From contig OZ025672.1 in assembly GCA_964019335.1 (NCBI GenBank), positions 186,001-250,000 on the forward strand: 64,000 nt of DNA. Direction: 5' to 3'. Below, piece after piece: positions 22,098 through 35,809 of the stretch. Within the stretch, counting starts at the first letter, position 1; each line of letters begins with the position of its first letter. The translations under genes were made by a program, and so were the position numbers. The DNA comes from Diplonema japonicum. Lineage: Eukaryota; Protista; Euglenozoa: Diplonemea. Under the pieces are notes generated by a model. It had not been told where the DNA came from, did no database searches, and saw nothing but the letters and a program-made list of their open reading frames with translations.

Positions 22098-23151
22098 TTT
22101 TTTTTTTTTATATAAAAGTGGCCGTGTCCTCTCTCCCTCCCTCTCAATCACCCCCACCCCCCGCCACTCTTTGCACCCTCCCCTCCTTTTTTAACTTTTA
22201 TCAAAATTTAATATTTGCTCCGTATCAGGTCGATGTACACCAAGGGATGGAGGCCAAAACAAATTATTTTAAGCCTTTGCATAGAAGGCGAGACAGTTGC
22301 GCATGAAAGAAAATATATAAAAAGAAAGAAAAAAAAAGGGGGGGAAAGGGAGAAAAATAGAATAAAAAAATCGGGGGAGAAAGGGAGGGGGAAAAAAAGG
22401 GGGGAGGAAGGGGAATAATGTGTATACTGTCGCTAAAAACAAATTTAGCAAAACAAATCAAAAGTCATTTTTCCATTTTTTTCTTTTTATTTACTTTTTT
22501 TTTCCTCCTCCTTCTTCTTCTCTCTTGGTATGAACTTTTTTTTTAAAAATATATAAAATCCCCCCCCCCCCTGGCTCGTTAAGCATCAACTTCTTCTGTG
22601 CCTTTGCTAAGAAGAACAGGGCAACTACACATTAAAACTGCAGTCGGGTAACGCCATCCAGCTATCTAAAGAGAATAGAATGCAGCTTTGATTCCTTTCT
22701 TCTCCTTCTAGGGAGGAGGGGATGAAGGACGCAATGGTCTTTTTTTTTTTTTAAACCGAACCCGGAGTAGGAAGGGGTCATAAAAGAAGAACACAAGCAA
22801 CTGTATTGAATCACACACGCCTAGTACAAAGGGGGAGGGTTTAAAAAACAAGTTGTTCAGTTTTTCTCTCTTTTTTTTTCCCTTTTTTTTCCCCTCACTT
22901 TGTTGCTGCTTTTTCTTTTTTCTTTCCCTCCCCCCACGAACCCGGGTTCTTTATAATTCTTTTTTCACGTTTGAAAAACTCGCAACTTTGTCGCAAAAAG
23001 TTACAAAATAACAATATGGGGGGAGCCTTACGGTAAAAATTGCTCCCTGTTTTTTGCTCCCGTGGTCCACACCTGTCTTCAGCACCCCATGTGGCCCGCT
23101 CGAGCAAGCCAGGCAAAGAAATGGGGTAAATGAGTGGCGGGACCCAAAAAG

Positions 23152-23182
<31 letters not shown>

Positions 23183-23370
23183 CCTATAATGTGTTTTTTT
23201 TCCTTTGTACGCAAATTGTGCATAGTGTATAACTTGTAACAGTGAAGCACTCTTAACGTCAAGGAGTTTATTGTTGATACCATTTTTCTTTTTTTTTTTT
23301 CCCCCTTTTTTTTTTGGGCGTGGGTTGTGCGTCGTGGTTGAAAATACAGAGAAAATTTAAAAATATAAAA

Positions 23371-23461
23371 AAAGAGGAACTGGCCGTTGTTTGTACGTGC
23401 CGGGTAAAACCTGGAGAAGTTGGTAAAACCCGTAACACCTTGCCTATGTTCCCTTTTGTTC
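23371..23461 (+). repeat. Repeat family R1, downstream module
   Basis: AAAGAGGAACTGGCCGTTGTTTGTACGTGCCGGGTAAAACCTGGAGAAGTT is identical to the segment at ~32625, contiguous there with the R1 core. A degenerate copy sits at ~24050-24140. Confidence 0.85.
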
Positions 23462-24303
23462 AAAAAAAAAAAGAAAAAAAAGAAAAAAAAGAAAAAAAAA
23501 CACGTCGACAACGAACATTTCAAAACTCTTTTCTTTTCTTTTTTTTTTTTTCTTCTTCTTTTTTTTTCCTCCTTTTTCTTTTAAAATGGAGGGAAACAAG
23601 GGTGTAGAGGGGCATGATAGTTTGACCTATATGAAAAAAAAAAAGAAAAACTCTGATTAACAGGGGAAAAGAAGAGGGGGGAAAAAAAATCTTTTTTTTC
23701 CCGTGTTAATCAGAAAGTACCCCCACACCTTTCTTTGTTCCCGACCCCCCCCCCAAAATAAAGAGAGAAAAAAAAGAGGAGGGAAGGAGGGGGTACTTAA
23801 CAAAAAAAAAACATAAGAAAACAAAGAGGCCAGCCCTTCCTTTTCTGTTTAGATTTTTGTCGACCGTTCCCATCTTTTTCACCCCCCCCCCCAACCACCC
23901 ACGAAAAAAAAAGCTTTAAAAAAAAGGGGGGGGAGAATACTTTTTTTGACCGTGCTAAATTTAATAATGACCGTGTTACTTTTAGAACTCTTGTTCTCTG
24001 GGTAGTCTAAGCCCTATTGGCCTCAAGCGTTCTATACACGTTAAAGAGAAAAGAGGAACTGGCTGTTGTTTGCGCGTGCCCGTGAACTCATTGCCAAGCC
24101 TTCCGCTTTTTCTTTTTTTTTTTTGTTTAGACAACTCGAGAGAATAATAAAAATAAAGGAAATCCACAAAAAAAAAATGACAAGACTGCTAAACCCCTTA
24201 ATTTTTTTTCCTGTAAAAGAAAAAAAAAAAAAAAGAAGATATTATTTGGTGTTGTTGTCCTTGTGATCTCAAGCCACTGGTGTGTTTGGTACTGCGTCCC
24301 GCT

Positions 24304-24363
<60 letters not shown>

Positions 24364-24538
24364 CGAAATTTCTTCTACCCGGACAAAAATTAAGAGATGT
24401 GCAGCATTTTAAAAACAAATTATGGGGAAAATCTCAAAAAAGAATTTCCCCCCTTTCTTTTTTTAAAAAGTCAGATTTTGTGCGTGAGTTTTTTTTTTTT
24501 TTTTTTCTTTGAAAACCTGTTTGCTAAATTTTCTTGCC

Positions 24539-24570
<32 letters not shown>

Positions 24571-24899
24571 GAATGAAAAAAGAAAAAAAAGAAAAGAAGA
24601 AAGACTATTATATTATAAAACTTTCGCAAAAAAGTTAAAACAGAGCACTGTGCACGGGAATGGAGAGAAGAGGCGAGAATATATAAAAAAGAATAGAAAG
24701 GGGGGGGGGGGGCTTATCAAAAAGCCACCCAGTATTTCTTTTGTTTAAAAAGTTTTGTTTTTTTAAGTGCTAGCAAGGACCCAGCAATCGAAAGCTGTTG
24801 TAAAGACGGGTTTTGTTCATTTTTTTTTTTTTTTAAATTCCCTCACAAATTTCTAAAAACTGTTGTACTTCAGGGCCCCCCCCCCCCCCCTTTTTTTGC

Positions 24900-25120
24900 T
24901 TACCCTTCGTCATTTTCTTCCCTTCAAAAAAACTTCTCGGGATGCAGTGAAATGTGACTCAAGACGAAGGGATGCCGACATGCGGACATACTCACTGCCA
25001 AATGAGCCATAATTTAACTCGCATTGGACCGCTCTTCTTTTTTTTTCTTCTTTTTTTTTTTTCAAAATGTTTCGGAAATCTCGGAGTTAAAGTATGACTC
25101 ATGATTTGCTGGCAATGCAA
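24900..25120 (+). repeat. Degenerate, internally deleted relative of the 25551-26035 element
   Basis: Shared blocks in the same order: CTTCGTCATTTTCTTC, GCAGTGAA..GTGACTCAA..GACGAAG, GCCAAATGAG, ATGACTCAT.ATTTG.TGGCAAT. Confidence 0.6.
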
Positions 25121-25125
25121 AAAAA

Positions 25126-25157
<32 letters not shown>

Positions 25158-25550
25158 AAAAAAAAAAAAAGAAAAAAAAAGCGTTCTTCAGTCCCTGCTG
25201 AAAATCGCAAGGAGGAAGGCCGGCCTCTTAACTGTGAGAAAAAAAAGAAGAAAGAAAAAATTGTGTGAAGAAGTGAAGAGAAATGACTGTGACAAAGCAA
25301 TCACCCCTTTTTTCTTTTTTTTTTTTTTTTAAAAAAAAGGTTCTAACTGAAAACAATGCACAAAGTAAAAAATAAAAAAAAATAAAAAAAATATGAGAAA
25401 AAGGGGGGCTTTTTCTGCGTCAGCTTCTTCCCATGATTAAAAAAGAAAAAAAAAAGAAGATATTTTTCGTTAAAAAAAAAGTGCCACCTGCACCGAGAAA
25501 ATAAAAATATAGACGGGGGGAAGGGGGGTGGAGGGGGTAATTTTTTTTTT

Positions 25551-25908
25551 TTTTATTTCACTCTTCGTCATTTTCTTCACTCACTAGGGGACTCATTATT
25601 TAACGCGAAATCGCCATTATTTAACTATTTTGCAGTTAAATTATGGGACTTCAGAGTGAAAAAATGGGTCCTGTCGTGGAAAAAAATGTACCCAACCTCT
25701 TGAAAAACTTTTTTGGGTGGGGGTATTTTGACTATCTTTGGCCATCTGGGGCCATTCAGTGCCTTACTTCCCCTTTAAATGCCACGGCGAAATAGCTACC
25801 CTGTATTACCTTAGGAAAACCCCTAAAAAGCTGACCTGCGTGAAAAAAAAACAGCAGTGAAAGCAGTGAAGAGTGAGTGACTCAAAATGACGAAGAGTGA
25901 AAATAAAA
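25551..25908. mobile_element. MITE-like element bounded by 24-bp inverted repeats
   Basis: TTTTATTTCACTCTTCGTCATTTT (25551) is the reverse complement of AAAATGACGAAGAGTGAAATAAAA (ending ~25908), with inner CACTCACT/AGTGAGTG. Non-coding. No clear target-site duplication. Confidence 0.55.
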
Positions 25909-27095
25909 CGACTTACTTGCCGCCAAATGAGACATTCTTTAACACTCGTTACCGTTTTTTTGCACTCGGGCCACTGCGTGCAAAAAATTCAGGGAACTCG
26001 AGTTTAATAATGACTCATTATTTGTTGGCAATAAATATGCCCTTGATTTTCTTCCCCCGGAAAATGAAATATAAGAGAGATATGAGCCAGTGCTGCAGTT
26101 GTGCCCTGACAGAAAATATCCATATGAGGTAATAGAGTATGCAATAAGTGAAAATTGAAGAGAGAGAAGAAAAAAAAAAAAAAGAAAAAAAGAAAAAAAA
26201 AAGTAACACGTAGGTTTGCACCATCTAGAGTGGCCGGTTAACTGGCCACACGTAATCCTGAATCTGCCACAACAATGTTTTCAACGAAACCTTTTTTTTT
26301 TTTATTGTCTTTTAAAAAGCTGAACTTCAGGATCTACTAGAAAAAACATACTCTTTCTAAACACAATGGTGCGAAACAGAAATCGGGAAAGTGGAAGGGA
26401 GGGGGGGAGTCATGTGACCATAACCCATGCTGCCCTTGCAAAGGGGATACCATCAATTATAGTTGTTGTTTGTCTTTATTTTATTTTCTTTTTTGCAACA
26501 CTTTTTTTTTCTTTTTTTTTTCTTTTGCATTTCTTTCTTTCTTCATTGTCTTTAGATTGAACAGATAGAAAAAAGAGGAAGAGGGCAATAAAAAAAATAA
26601 ATTTCCTTTGGGGGGGGACCTCTCTAATTTTCTTTTATTTTTTTTTTGTTTTTAGTTTGCAAATAAATCAACAAGAATCTTAGCAAAGAAAAAAAAAAGA
26701 AGGGAGGATGAAGGGGAGGGTGGAAAATGCTACATCCTCCCCTTCTTTTCTTCTCGTTTCGCTTCCGTTCCCCAAATGCCAAATGGTTCTCCTTTTTCCG
26801 TAAAAGAAAGGAGAAGGGGAATAGAAACGAGACCTCCCTCCTTTTCTTTCTGCCATCACTCACTGCCTCAACTTTTTAAAAAAAGAGGACGAAACGGCAA
26901 TAAAAAAAAAAAAAATTCAAATTGGACTTTTCGAATTTTCCATCATACGTGGCGGAAAAGGAAAAGTAGGACGATCGGCACAAAGAAAAAAAAGAATTTT
27001 TTCGTTTGGTTTTTGTCACAAAAAACGTGTTTCAGCAGTACTTGAAGCTGAAGAAATCTATCATCAAATGCGTGTGTTGAAACATATTTTTTCAG

Positions 27096-27128
<33 letters not shown>

Positions 27129-29287
27129 CCACATGGTGGGGGAAGGGGGCGGTTGAGGGGGGGGAAAGAGATAGGTAGACTGGAAGTAGCATGAGTGTTT
27201 ATGAAGAAGAATAAAAGAAGAATATATAGAATGAAAATCCTTTCGTAATATTATTACAGCGCATTAAAAAAAAAAAAAAAAATGTTGTGCTGCTTTTTTT
27301 TTTTTTTTTTTTTTTTTAAAATTTTTTTGCACAAACATAATGCACAGCTTGATTTTTTCATTTCTGCCATTCTTTTTTTTTTTTTTTTTTCTTTAAAATT
27401 GTTGTTTCTCCTATCCCCGTACCACAGTCTACCTGCCTAACAGTATGTATATTCTTCCTACCCCACCCACACACACCCCTTGCTCAACTTTTTAGCACCC
27501 CTTACAAAATTGAAAACCACGACAAACGGGGAATAGAGATAACCATTGACATATAAAAGTCAAAAAAAAAGGGAGGGGGGGAGATGTGAGAAATAAAAAT
27601 CGAATCGTGGGCGGCCACTAACAGATGACGAAGAAACAGAAGGAAGACATAAAGAAAAAAAAAAAAAAGCCTGGTTTTTATCCCTATTGTGAAATACTGT
27701 AAAACCTCTTAATTTTTGTCACAGCTTCCTTTCCTCCCCCATGAAAATTATTTAAGAGGCTCACAGCACTTGTGTAGACTAAGAGAGTTTTCTTTTTTTT
27801 TTTTTTTCGCTAGCTCGTCCGGTGACCAATCCGCGGAGGAAAATTTTCACCCAGTGTTGTTGGGTTTACTGAAGATTCCTCATTTTTTTTTTTTTTTCCC
27901 TTCCTTCAAAATTCGGTATAGTGTGTCACCAGGCAGCAGTTTATTTTTTTTATTTTTTTTTTTCCTTCTCTTTTTCTTCTTTTTCGTTCTCTCCCTTTCT
28001 TTTAAGGGATCTTTTTCCTTCCCAGGGCTTTTTTTTTTCCTTCATTTTTTTTTCTTCTTTTTTTTTCTTTTTTTTTTCTTTCTTCCCATACGTCATCATT
28101 CTTCCCCCGGTTTTTTTTTTTTTTTTTTTCATTTCTCGTTCTTTTTTTTTTTTTTAAATTTTAAAAAGCTAGCTAAGGAAGCAGCAACATGAAAAAAGAA
28201 GAAGGGGGGGGGGGGGGGGGGAAGGGGAAAATGAAAAGAGAAATAACAGTAGTAACCTATGCTAAAACCGATACCTGATTTCCTATTGAAAAGGCACTGG
28301 AGTCATATTTTGGATATTTCTGAATGGACCCCACTCTAGAATACAAGGTTTCGGTGTTCATGTTCACTATGTTAATAACATAAAATACGAAATAAAAAAA
28401 AAGGGGGCAAAAAAATAAATGGATAGGAAGCCGCCTGTGCTTAGAGGCAACTCAACATTGTGGTATACAGATACAGGAGAGAAAAAAAAAGAAAAAAAAT
28501 AATCAAAATCATAAAAAGGGGAGGGTAAAGAGGGGTGTGAATCTTGTTAGAATGTTTCCCTTCTCATATCTAAAGCTCCTGTGAGTAAAAAACTTTTTTT
28601 TTTCTTTTTACGAACAACGATTAATAGGAGTTCAAATAAAAGAGGAAACTTTATTTGGTTTTTTTTTTTTTTTTTTCGTTCTCTTTTTTCCTTTTCTGAT
28701 CTCAGTTCAAATAAATTTCCTGGTTTGTGTTTTTTCCCCCCCTCCCTCCCACAAAAATAAAAAGTTATTTTCTTTGGGGGGGGGAGAAGGAAAAAAAAAA
28801 CCTACCAAATAAAGAGCTGAGACCATTAAACTAAGTCTTTTTTTTTTGGGTTTTTCTACTTCTTTTTTTTTTACTTTTTTAAAATTGCTCACGGTTTCCC
28901 AAATGAAAATAAGCTCGACCTTTAAAGTGGTCCCTTCGGTAAAAATCTTTGGTTAGAAAGTAGTCCCTTACTTTGTTTATGGACAATCTAGCGGCCTACA
29001 CTACAAGATATAGGTCAGATTGCATGCCTGCAAAAGAGAGGGGGGGAAAAAAAGGAGGGGAAACCCCCCCTGTAATTTCAATTTGGGAAAGCGTGCTCGG
29101 CCAGACATAAAAAAAAAAAAAAAAAAAAAAAAACCTCCTCTGTTGATATCCGTAAAAAGAATGCCTTTTTTTTTTTTCTTCTTCTTTTTTTTTTTCTTGA
29201 TTGATTGAACGGAAATAATTAAAGAGGGGGGGGGGGAGTGTGTGTTTTTTTTCTTTTTTTTTTTTCTTACAGCAATAAAATCACTTT

Positions 29288-29986
29288 TCAAATCTTCATC
29301 CTTCTGCAGTAATGCTTGAATTTACTTTTCAGCTTACCTCCTAAAGATGTTCGCTTTGATCCAGACTCGCACTCTATTTTATTATACGAGTCCGAAAGGC
29401 AGCTCGACGAACTAGCAGATGAGGTCTCAAGATGTTCTAACCAGCGATCAACAGTCGGTGATTCTGGTTTTTCGTGAGTGAGGAGCTGTGCGGCAAAGGC
29501 AATATTTCTTGAATTGTCGACTGTCAAGGGGTAAGCAGAGTCAAGTGCGTGGATACGTTCACCCAGTTCAGAAACTGTGAAGGAAAAGTCAAAGCCGACG
29601 GCTTGAGCGAGAGCCTTCACCATGGCAGAGAGGTCATATTTGTCCACCCCTCCTGGTCCTGACACATCTGCCACAGATACACCTTCACAAGAACTTTTAT
29701 GTGCTGCCACTGCAAGGCATGACAAAACTACTCTGTGTATGGTCAGCTCGTTCAGGTCCATGCCACACCTTGACAGCCTCTCCATGTAGAGCATGGTCGC
29801 AGCCCAAGTCTTAACGCCGCTCCAGTGGCCCCATAGTAGGGCTACGTACTCCCTGATGCCCACACCTGGCTTTTCTACGCTTTCGAAACAAATAAGCTCG
29901 GGTGGAACAGAACTCGCTTCGGCCCTCTCTTCCGATTTCACCTCCATGCTCCTGATGAAGAGATCCAACCAGCTTGGAAGCCTCAT
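29288..29986 (-). CDS. Divergent PHO80/P-U-type cyclin (232 aa)
   Basis: FESVEKPGVGIREYV, MLYMERL, LNELTIHRVVLSCLAVAAH and GGV...L motifs follow the Pho80-like cyclin box. Confidence 0.75.
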   Translation of the reverse strand: MRLPSWLDLFIRSMEVKSEERAEASSVPPELICFESVEKPGVGIREYVALLWGHWSGVKTWAATMLYMERLSRCGMDLNELTIHRVVLSCLAVAAHKSSCEGVSVADVSGPGGVDKYDLSAMVKALAQAVGFDFSFTVSELGERIHALDSAYPLTVDNSRNIAFAAQLLTHEKPESPTVDRWLEHLETSSASSSSCLSDSYNKIECESGSKRTSLGGKLKSKFKHYCRRMKI

Positions 29987-30077
29987 TTCTTTTTTTTTTT
30001 TTTTTCTTTTTCTTTTTATAATGCCTTTTTTTTAAATTATTTTTTGACAAAAAATTTATCGGTACAAAATATTTTAA

Positions 30078-31883
30078 CCATCTACCAACGGACCATTTTT
30101 GCCCACCAGGGGGTAAATTTTCAAAACTTCAAAAAAAGCTATTCTAGCGCAACGCCGGGGCTATATGCCCCCGAAAATGCCTCCAGATGTCCCAATTCTA
30201 GAGAGAGGGTGCCCACAGCAGGGCCCACCCCCACAACATTGTCAAAAATATCGTTCCTGAAGTGCTCGAGAGGGGGTACAAAAAACAAGTCAAAAAAAAT
30301 CGACTGTAAAATTCTATAAAAAGCTATTTAAGGCCTTCTTGTCGCGGTTCGTACGTGCCCCAGGGCTGGGGGACTTCTTTTTTGACCCCGAGAGGGGTTT
30401 CTGGGGGGTATCCCCGGCAAGGTGGCAGTCTTTGAAGCACGGAGTCACGCAAAGTTGTACCAAGCAGGCTGAACACTGAAATAGGGGTCTTTTCGACTTG
30501 AAATGCTTGCACCGCACGTTGCACTACTTTTTCGGGGAAATGGTCCCAGAAGGTACTGTCTGTCACGGCGCATTGGGGTCTCAGAGCACTCGTTCTGTGT
30601 TTCGGGGCATGGTATTGGGGCAGCCTGCTCTGTAGTTGACTTTATCTGTTGTTTAGACTGCCTCCCTAGTAGCCCTTCGATGACTGCCTCTTTGAAAGGC
30701 GTCAATACACTGTCGTTCGTACTCAGGGTGTTGGGGGGCAAGGCTTCTTTCCAAACAAGCCAAGCATTCGCCAGAGATTTACCTAACAAGTACGAAAATA
30801 CTTTTAGGGGCCACTTTTAAGTCACAAGGGTGCGTTTATGGCGTTTTGTCACAGCGTCACCCAGGTCGGTTCCGCCCATTGAAGTGTTGTAAATATGCAC
30901 TTGGTGGGGAACAAGATGTCCTTTCCGGCTTTCATTCTCTTTTGGCGGACGGTCAAATTTGACTTCACTGGAACATCCAACGTCGATAGAAAGCACACAG
31001 GCTTGATGTCATGCCACGTTGTGGTGCAAAGGATGCTCGCGTGCTGGTGGAACTGTGTCCCCACGGGATGCGCGTCCTTGGGCTTGCGGCCTCGCTTCTT
31101 TGGGGCATCCATGATCTCCGGGAGGCCTTCGCGATAGGTAGAAGTCAGCACGCTTGTTTGTTTCGCTGTGGAAACACAGATTTCCCAGAATAGTCAAAAA
31201 GCGGTCTCTTGACATGACGGTAGCGTACCCAGGTGTAGTTGAGAAACGTGGAGCCAGTGCACCAGTAATCGGAATAATCTGGCTTGATATCCAAGTCCAT
31301 CGACAAAAGGACACCTAGGAAGGTACGCAGAGAAGCAGCATCGAGATCCAGGGAGACACCTTTTTTAGCCGCATTTGCCACATTGTTCGAAGTTATGACC
31401 CGAATAAAGTTTGGACGAGCATTTGGGAGAATATATGGAATGGCGTTGAGCCTCTGATGTCAAAACAGGGTCCACAAGGATTCCGATCTTCACGAAACCG
31501 GATGCCTTCCAACTGCTCCGGCTTTGCCGTCCAATCACCCTGCTGTGACTCGGAATCGGTCGAATTCGTGTCAGAATCACTGTTTGTATCAAAATTGCAT
31601 AATAGGGATGAGCCATCAGTGCTGCCATCACTCATAACGTCCTCTTCCGGCCTCTTTCCGGGCGCCTTTTTTTGAAGTGATTTTTAAGGGTAAATTTGGG
31701 CTGGCGTTTTTTTTTATTTTTTCATTTTCTTGTTAAGTTAGGGCAGCATTTAGTTTATATTTTTCATATTTTCCGCGCAGGACCCCGCCGGCAAGAAAGG
31801 GCCGGGCCGTATTGCATTGAAAGCCCTTTGCGTAAAAGATTTTTTTTCAAATCGTCTATATATAGACGCTCGTTGATAGATGG
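30078..31883 (-). mobile_element. Non-autonomous piggyBac element with a fragmented transposase
   Basis: TTAA at 30074-30077 and 31884-31887. Terminal inverted repeats CCATCTACCAACG / CGTTGATAGATGG (12/13). Transposase remnants across frames: DYSDYW, MSRDRFLTIL..LCF, WHDIKPVCFLST, YNTSMGGTDLGD, KWPLKVFSYLL...NAW and the Cys-rich tail FQCSACLVQLCVTPCFKDCH. Confidence 0.92.
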
Positions 31884-32203
31884 TTAAAAAAAAAAAAGAA
31901 GAAGAAAATTCTCTTTAAGAAAAAAAAAGGAAAAAAAAAAGGAAAATAAAAAGAAAAGGTCTTCCCAATGTGGCCAGGAAGTTTTTTTTTGGGGGGGTGG
32001 GGAAGTGTGTTCGGGAGGTGGTAAGAAAGTAAAGAAGATCACAAAAAAAAAAAAAAAAAACCGTATCTGTGAACAAAAGGCACGGGTTTCCCAAATATAT
32101 TCAATTCTTCCCGTTGGCCGGAGTTGATTATTTGAAAATAAAAATAAAGAGTTGAGATAAAGGAGGTTTTTGTTTTGGAACGTCCCCCTTGTCTCTAATA
32201 ATA

Positions 32204-32720
32204 AATTTACTATGATAGGAACGAAGTGGTTAGCAACGGCCCGCCAAAAAGAATAAAATAAAAGAAAAAAGAGCAAGGGGATAAAGACCGCTAAAAAAAA
32301 AAAAAAATATGAGTTAAAGGAGGCCGGTGTTCGTGGCGCCCTGCACAAGAACTGTCTACTTGATTACAGGGGGCGCACCGCGGCCGAGTTGTAGCTTCTT
32401 CTGCGTTCCGCGTCGTGTCCTTAATGCGTGCGGTGTACAGCTCAACCCCAGCCGGTGCGTCCCGGGTAACCAAGATTTTGCGCTCGTGCAGTTTGCTGCC
32501 TGTTCGTCACCCTGAGCATCTGCATTATGTTCTTCCACTCGGGCGCTACCGGTGATGACCGACGAGGAGGTCAACAGCGAACAACACATCTGATGTTTTT
32601 CTTATATTTTCATGTTATCCCCACAAAGAGGAACTGGCCGTTGTTTGTACGTGCCGGGTAAAACCTGGAGAAGTTTGTCAACCCGAAACACGTTCCCCTT
32701 TTGTTTAGACAAGTCGAAGG
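32204..32720 (+). repeat. Repeat family R1, long copy
   Basis: Upstream module ACTATGATAGGAACGAAGTGGTTAGCAACGGCCCGCC, then a core near-identical to the 3697 copy, then the downstream module shared with 23371. Confidence 0.9.
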
Positions 32721-33748
32721 CTCGTTCTTGCACACCTGAAAAAAAAAAAAAAAAAAACTGCCCCCACCACCACCATGGGGAAAAACAAATTCAAGGAGTG
32801 AAACAACGCAATCTTCTCTCTCTTTTCTTTTCTTCTTTCTTTTTCTTTTTATCGGTGTGGGCGGACAATTTTCCTTCAGGGGTAAAATAAAAGAATAAAA
32901 TAAAAGAATAAAAATCGAAAAAAAAGTAAGTATTGAAAAAATATTTGGGAAACCGTGAAAAGGGGGAGAGGAAAAAAAAACTCACACAAGGGGAGCCCCT
33001 CGTTTTGGCTTTTGGGAAGGATTCGGCAGTCATCATTTGGCACACGTAAAATTCCCGCAGCTCTGTTTTCTCTCATTATTATTATTATTATTTTTTTTTT
33101 TTTTTTACTTCTTTCTTTCTTTCTTTCTTTTTTTGCCAAAATTATTTGCCAGGAATAAAAAAAAAGAGGGAAAACTTATTCTCCTTCCGGGGTTGTAATC
33201 TTTTTTTTTTTTTTCCCGTTCTTTTTTTTGTTTTTGTTTTACAAAGTGGATCAATGCCCGTATAATTAATGGGAAGAAATAAAAAAGCGGGGGGGGAAAA
33301 AAAATAAGAAAAGGAGGGGGGGGGGGGGGGAAATGCAGACTCCCTTTTTGTTTTACCCCCTTTTTTTATCAGCATTGTGGGGAGCGGCAGTAGAACTACA
33401 AAACCACTGCTTCTTATTGTGAAAAAATTTAAGTATTTGTAAGTACTTTTTTCACCCATTCCTCTTTTTCTATTTTTTTTTTTTTTTTTTCCCCTTTCCC
33501 TTTTCTTTATCATACGCAGATTGGCAGAAAAAAAAAAGAGAGAGACGAGAAGAAGAAGGGGGAAAAAAAAGGGGGGGGGGGAAGGGTAAAAAGGAGGAAT
33601 GTCATGGCTGTAGTCGCTTTGGTAACGCTATCTCTACCCCCTTTTGCCTCTGTTTATTTCTTCTTCTCGTACTCAAAAAAAAGGGGGGGGGGAAACAAAT
33701 TAATTGTTGTTCAGAATCTCAAGCCAATTTGAGGGTGTTTTTCTCGGG

Positions 33749-33784
<36 letters not shown>

Positions 33785-34239
33785 CATTCAGTACATTAGG
33801 GCTGGGGAAGGGGACCCAAAAATTAAAACTAAATTTTATTTCCCAAAAATTTCCCTTCACCCTAGATAGAGTGCTACGAAAGATGGGCACTAACACAGGG
33901 GGTGGGGGAGGTCAATCTCTTCTTCTTCTTCTTCTTCTTCTTCTTTTTTTTTTTTGATTTGTTTGATTTGTAGAAAAGAATTGTTGGAGAAGCTCATCAA
34001 AAGACGAGAGGAAAAAAAAGGGGGAAAGAGGAACACGGGGATATTCGCAAAAGTGAGTGTGTGGGAAAGGGCTGAGGGGGGGGACGCTCTCTATTCCCCT
34101 TTTCTTTCTTCGCATGTGGTGGCCTAGAAAGAAAGATAAAGGGAAAAGAAAAAGAAAAAACAAAAGAAAAAAAGGGGGGAGGAAGGAATGAAAAAAAAAA
34201 AATATTCGGGGCGTTTGATTGGTGCGCACAAGCACTTTG

Positions 34240-34270
<31 letters not shown>

Positions 34271-34567
34271 AGACAGCCAACGAATACATTTTTTTTCCCC
34301 TTTTTTTGCTATGACAAAAATATGGGAAGGGGAAGAGAGAAAAAAAAAAGAGGGTATTTGTCTGGGCTTGGAATTTTTTTATTTTCGCACAAAAGAATAT
34401 TGAAAAAAAAAAAAAAAAAAAAAGAAAGAAAGAAAAAAAAAAAAAAAAAACTCGATAAAATTTCAGTGTGCATGGGGAGCGCTCACTGTTCAGGAAGAAA
34501 TTACACTAATCGGTCACCGTTCTGCGGTTGCTGTCTGGTGCCTGCGGTGGCTGTTTGGACGGCACAG

Positions 34568-34598
<31 letters not shown>

Positions 34599-35809
34599 AT
34601 GAGGGAAAAAAAAAGAAGAATTTAGGTTCAGCTCAACCCCCCCCCCATTTTTTTCCACCACTTCTCTGTTGCGTTTGAACTGCCTTTCTTCCTTAGTTGC
34701 TTGATATTTTTTTTATTCTCAACTTGTCGCCTGTTTCGGTGAACGACTTACCGTCACAACCATGTGTAAAGTCCAAGGGACCCCTGGGGTGCCACGCTTC
34801 GATTGCTTTATTGTTCTGGCGATCCCAGCAGAGAGGCTGTGCCTCTGCTGGCTCATCCATGTGTGGTTAGAAAAAAAGAAGAAGAAAAAAAAAAGAGAGA
34901 GAGGATCTACAAAAAAGATTCATGAAAAAACTATTGTTCAATGGAATGGGTTTGTCCCCCCCCCCCCCCCCCCTCCCCCTTTGTTTCCCCAAATGGAGAA
35001 ACGTGGGGGGGAGAAACAAACCGAGGGAATGGGAGGGGGAAAGGGGGAAGGGGGAGCTATTTTTTTATTCTTTTATATACTATTGTTTTCTTCCCCCCCC
35101 CCTCCTACTATTTCTTTTTTTTTCAAAATCCTCCCATCGTTTTCTTTTTTTTGAAAAAATTATGGGGGGTACCTTAACCATTCTTCCTTTGCCTTTCTTT
35201 TTTGCCCCCCCTTTCTTCTAGAAAATTTCTTCTTCAAGTTGAAAGGAGGTGCCTTGTTTCTACTCCCCCCCCCCCCCGCCCCCTCTCCACTGTGTAACTT
35301 GCTCTACTCAATTTTAAGCTTTCATTTCGAAATTTAAACAGAATTTAAACAGAATAGTCCAAAATGGTTTATTGGCGCCCTTGTTTGGACACGACTTTAC
35401 CACACTTGTTTGTTCCACCGAAATTCGCTTGAGGGAAAAAAAAAGGCGATGTTTAAGGGCAAATCCCACTTGAGGACCACCCTAAGGTTTTTTTTTAAAA
35501 GGGGTTACAAATGAAGTAAATTTGAGAGGAGTGAAATAAAAAAAAAACGAAATAAGAGAAAAAAAAAAAACGAGTTGAAGGCCGGTCTTTGTGAGACCCC
35601 TTCATGTTCTACTCCATCGCTTGCCAAGCCCTTTTTATGTGGGCTACCGGCAGGCTGTCCGAATACCCCCCCCCCCCCCCCCCCTACCGCGAGTGAGTGG
35701 ACTCCTAGAACTCTTTGATGATTCTCATCATCATTCTTCTTTTGAATTGTTTTTTTTTTTATTTGGATGAGAAGTCATACGAAATGGGAGCGACACTTTT
35801 CAAAAAATA

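Noticed and set aside
24305-24361. 57-nt poly(A) as a retroposon tail
   Set aside because: No TSD or recognisable element body, and long A-runs are common throughout the window.
26230-26249. 20-bp near-palindrome GTGGCCGGTTAACTGGCCAC centred on TTAA
   Set aside because: Single short occurrence with no supporting context. It could be chance.
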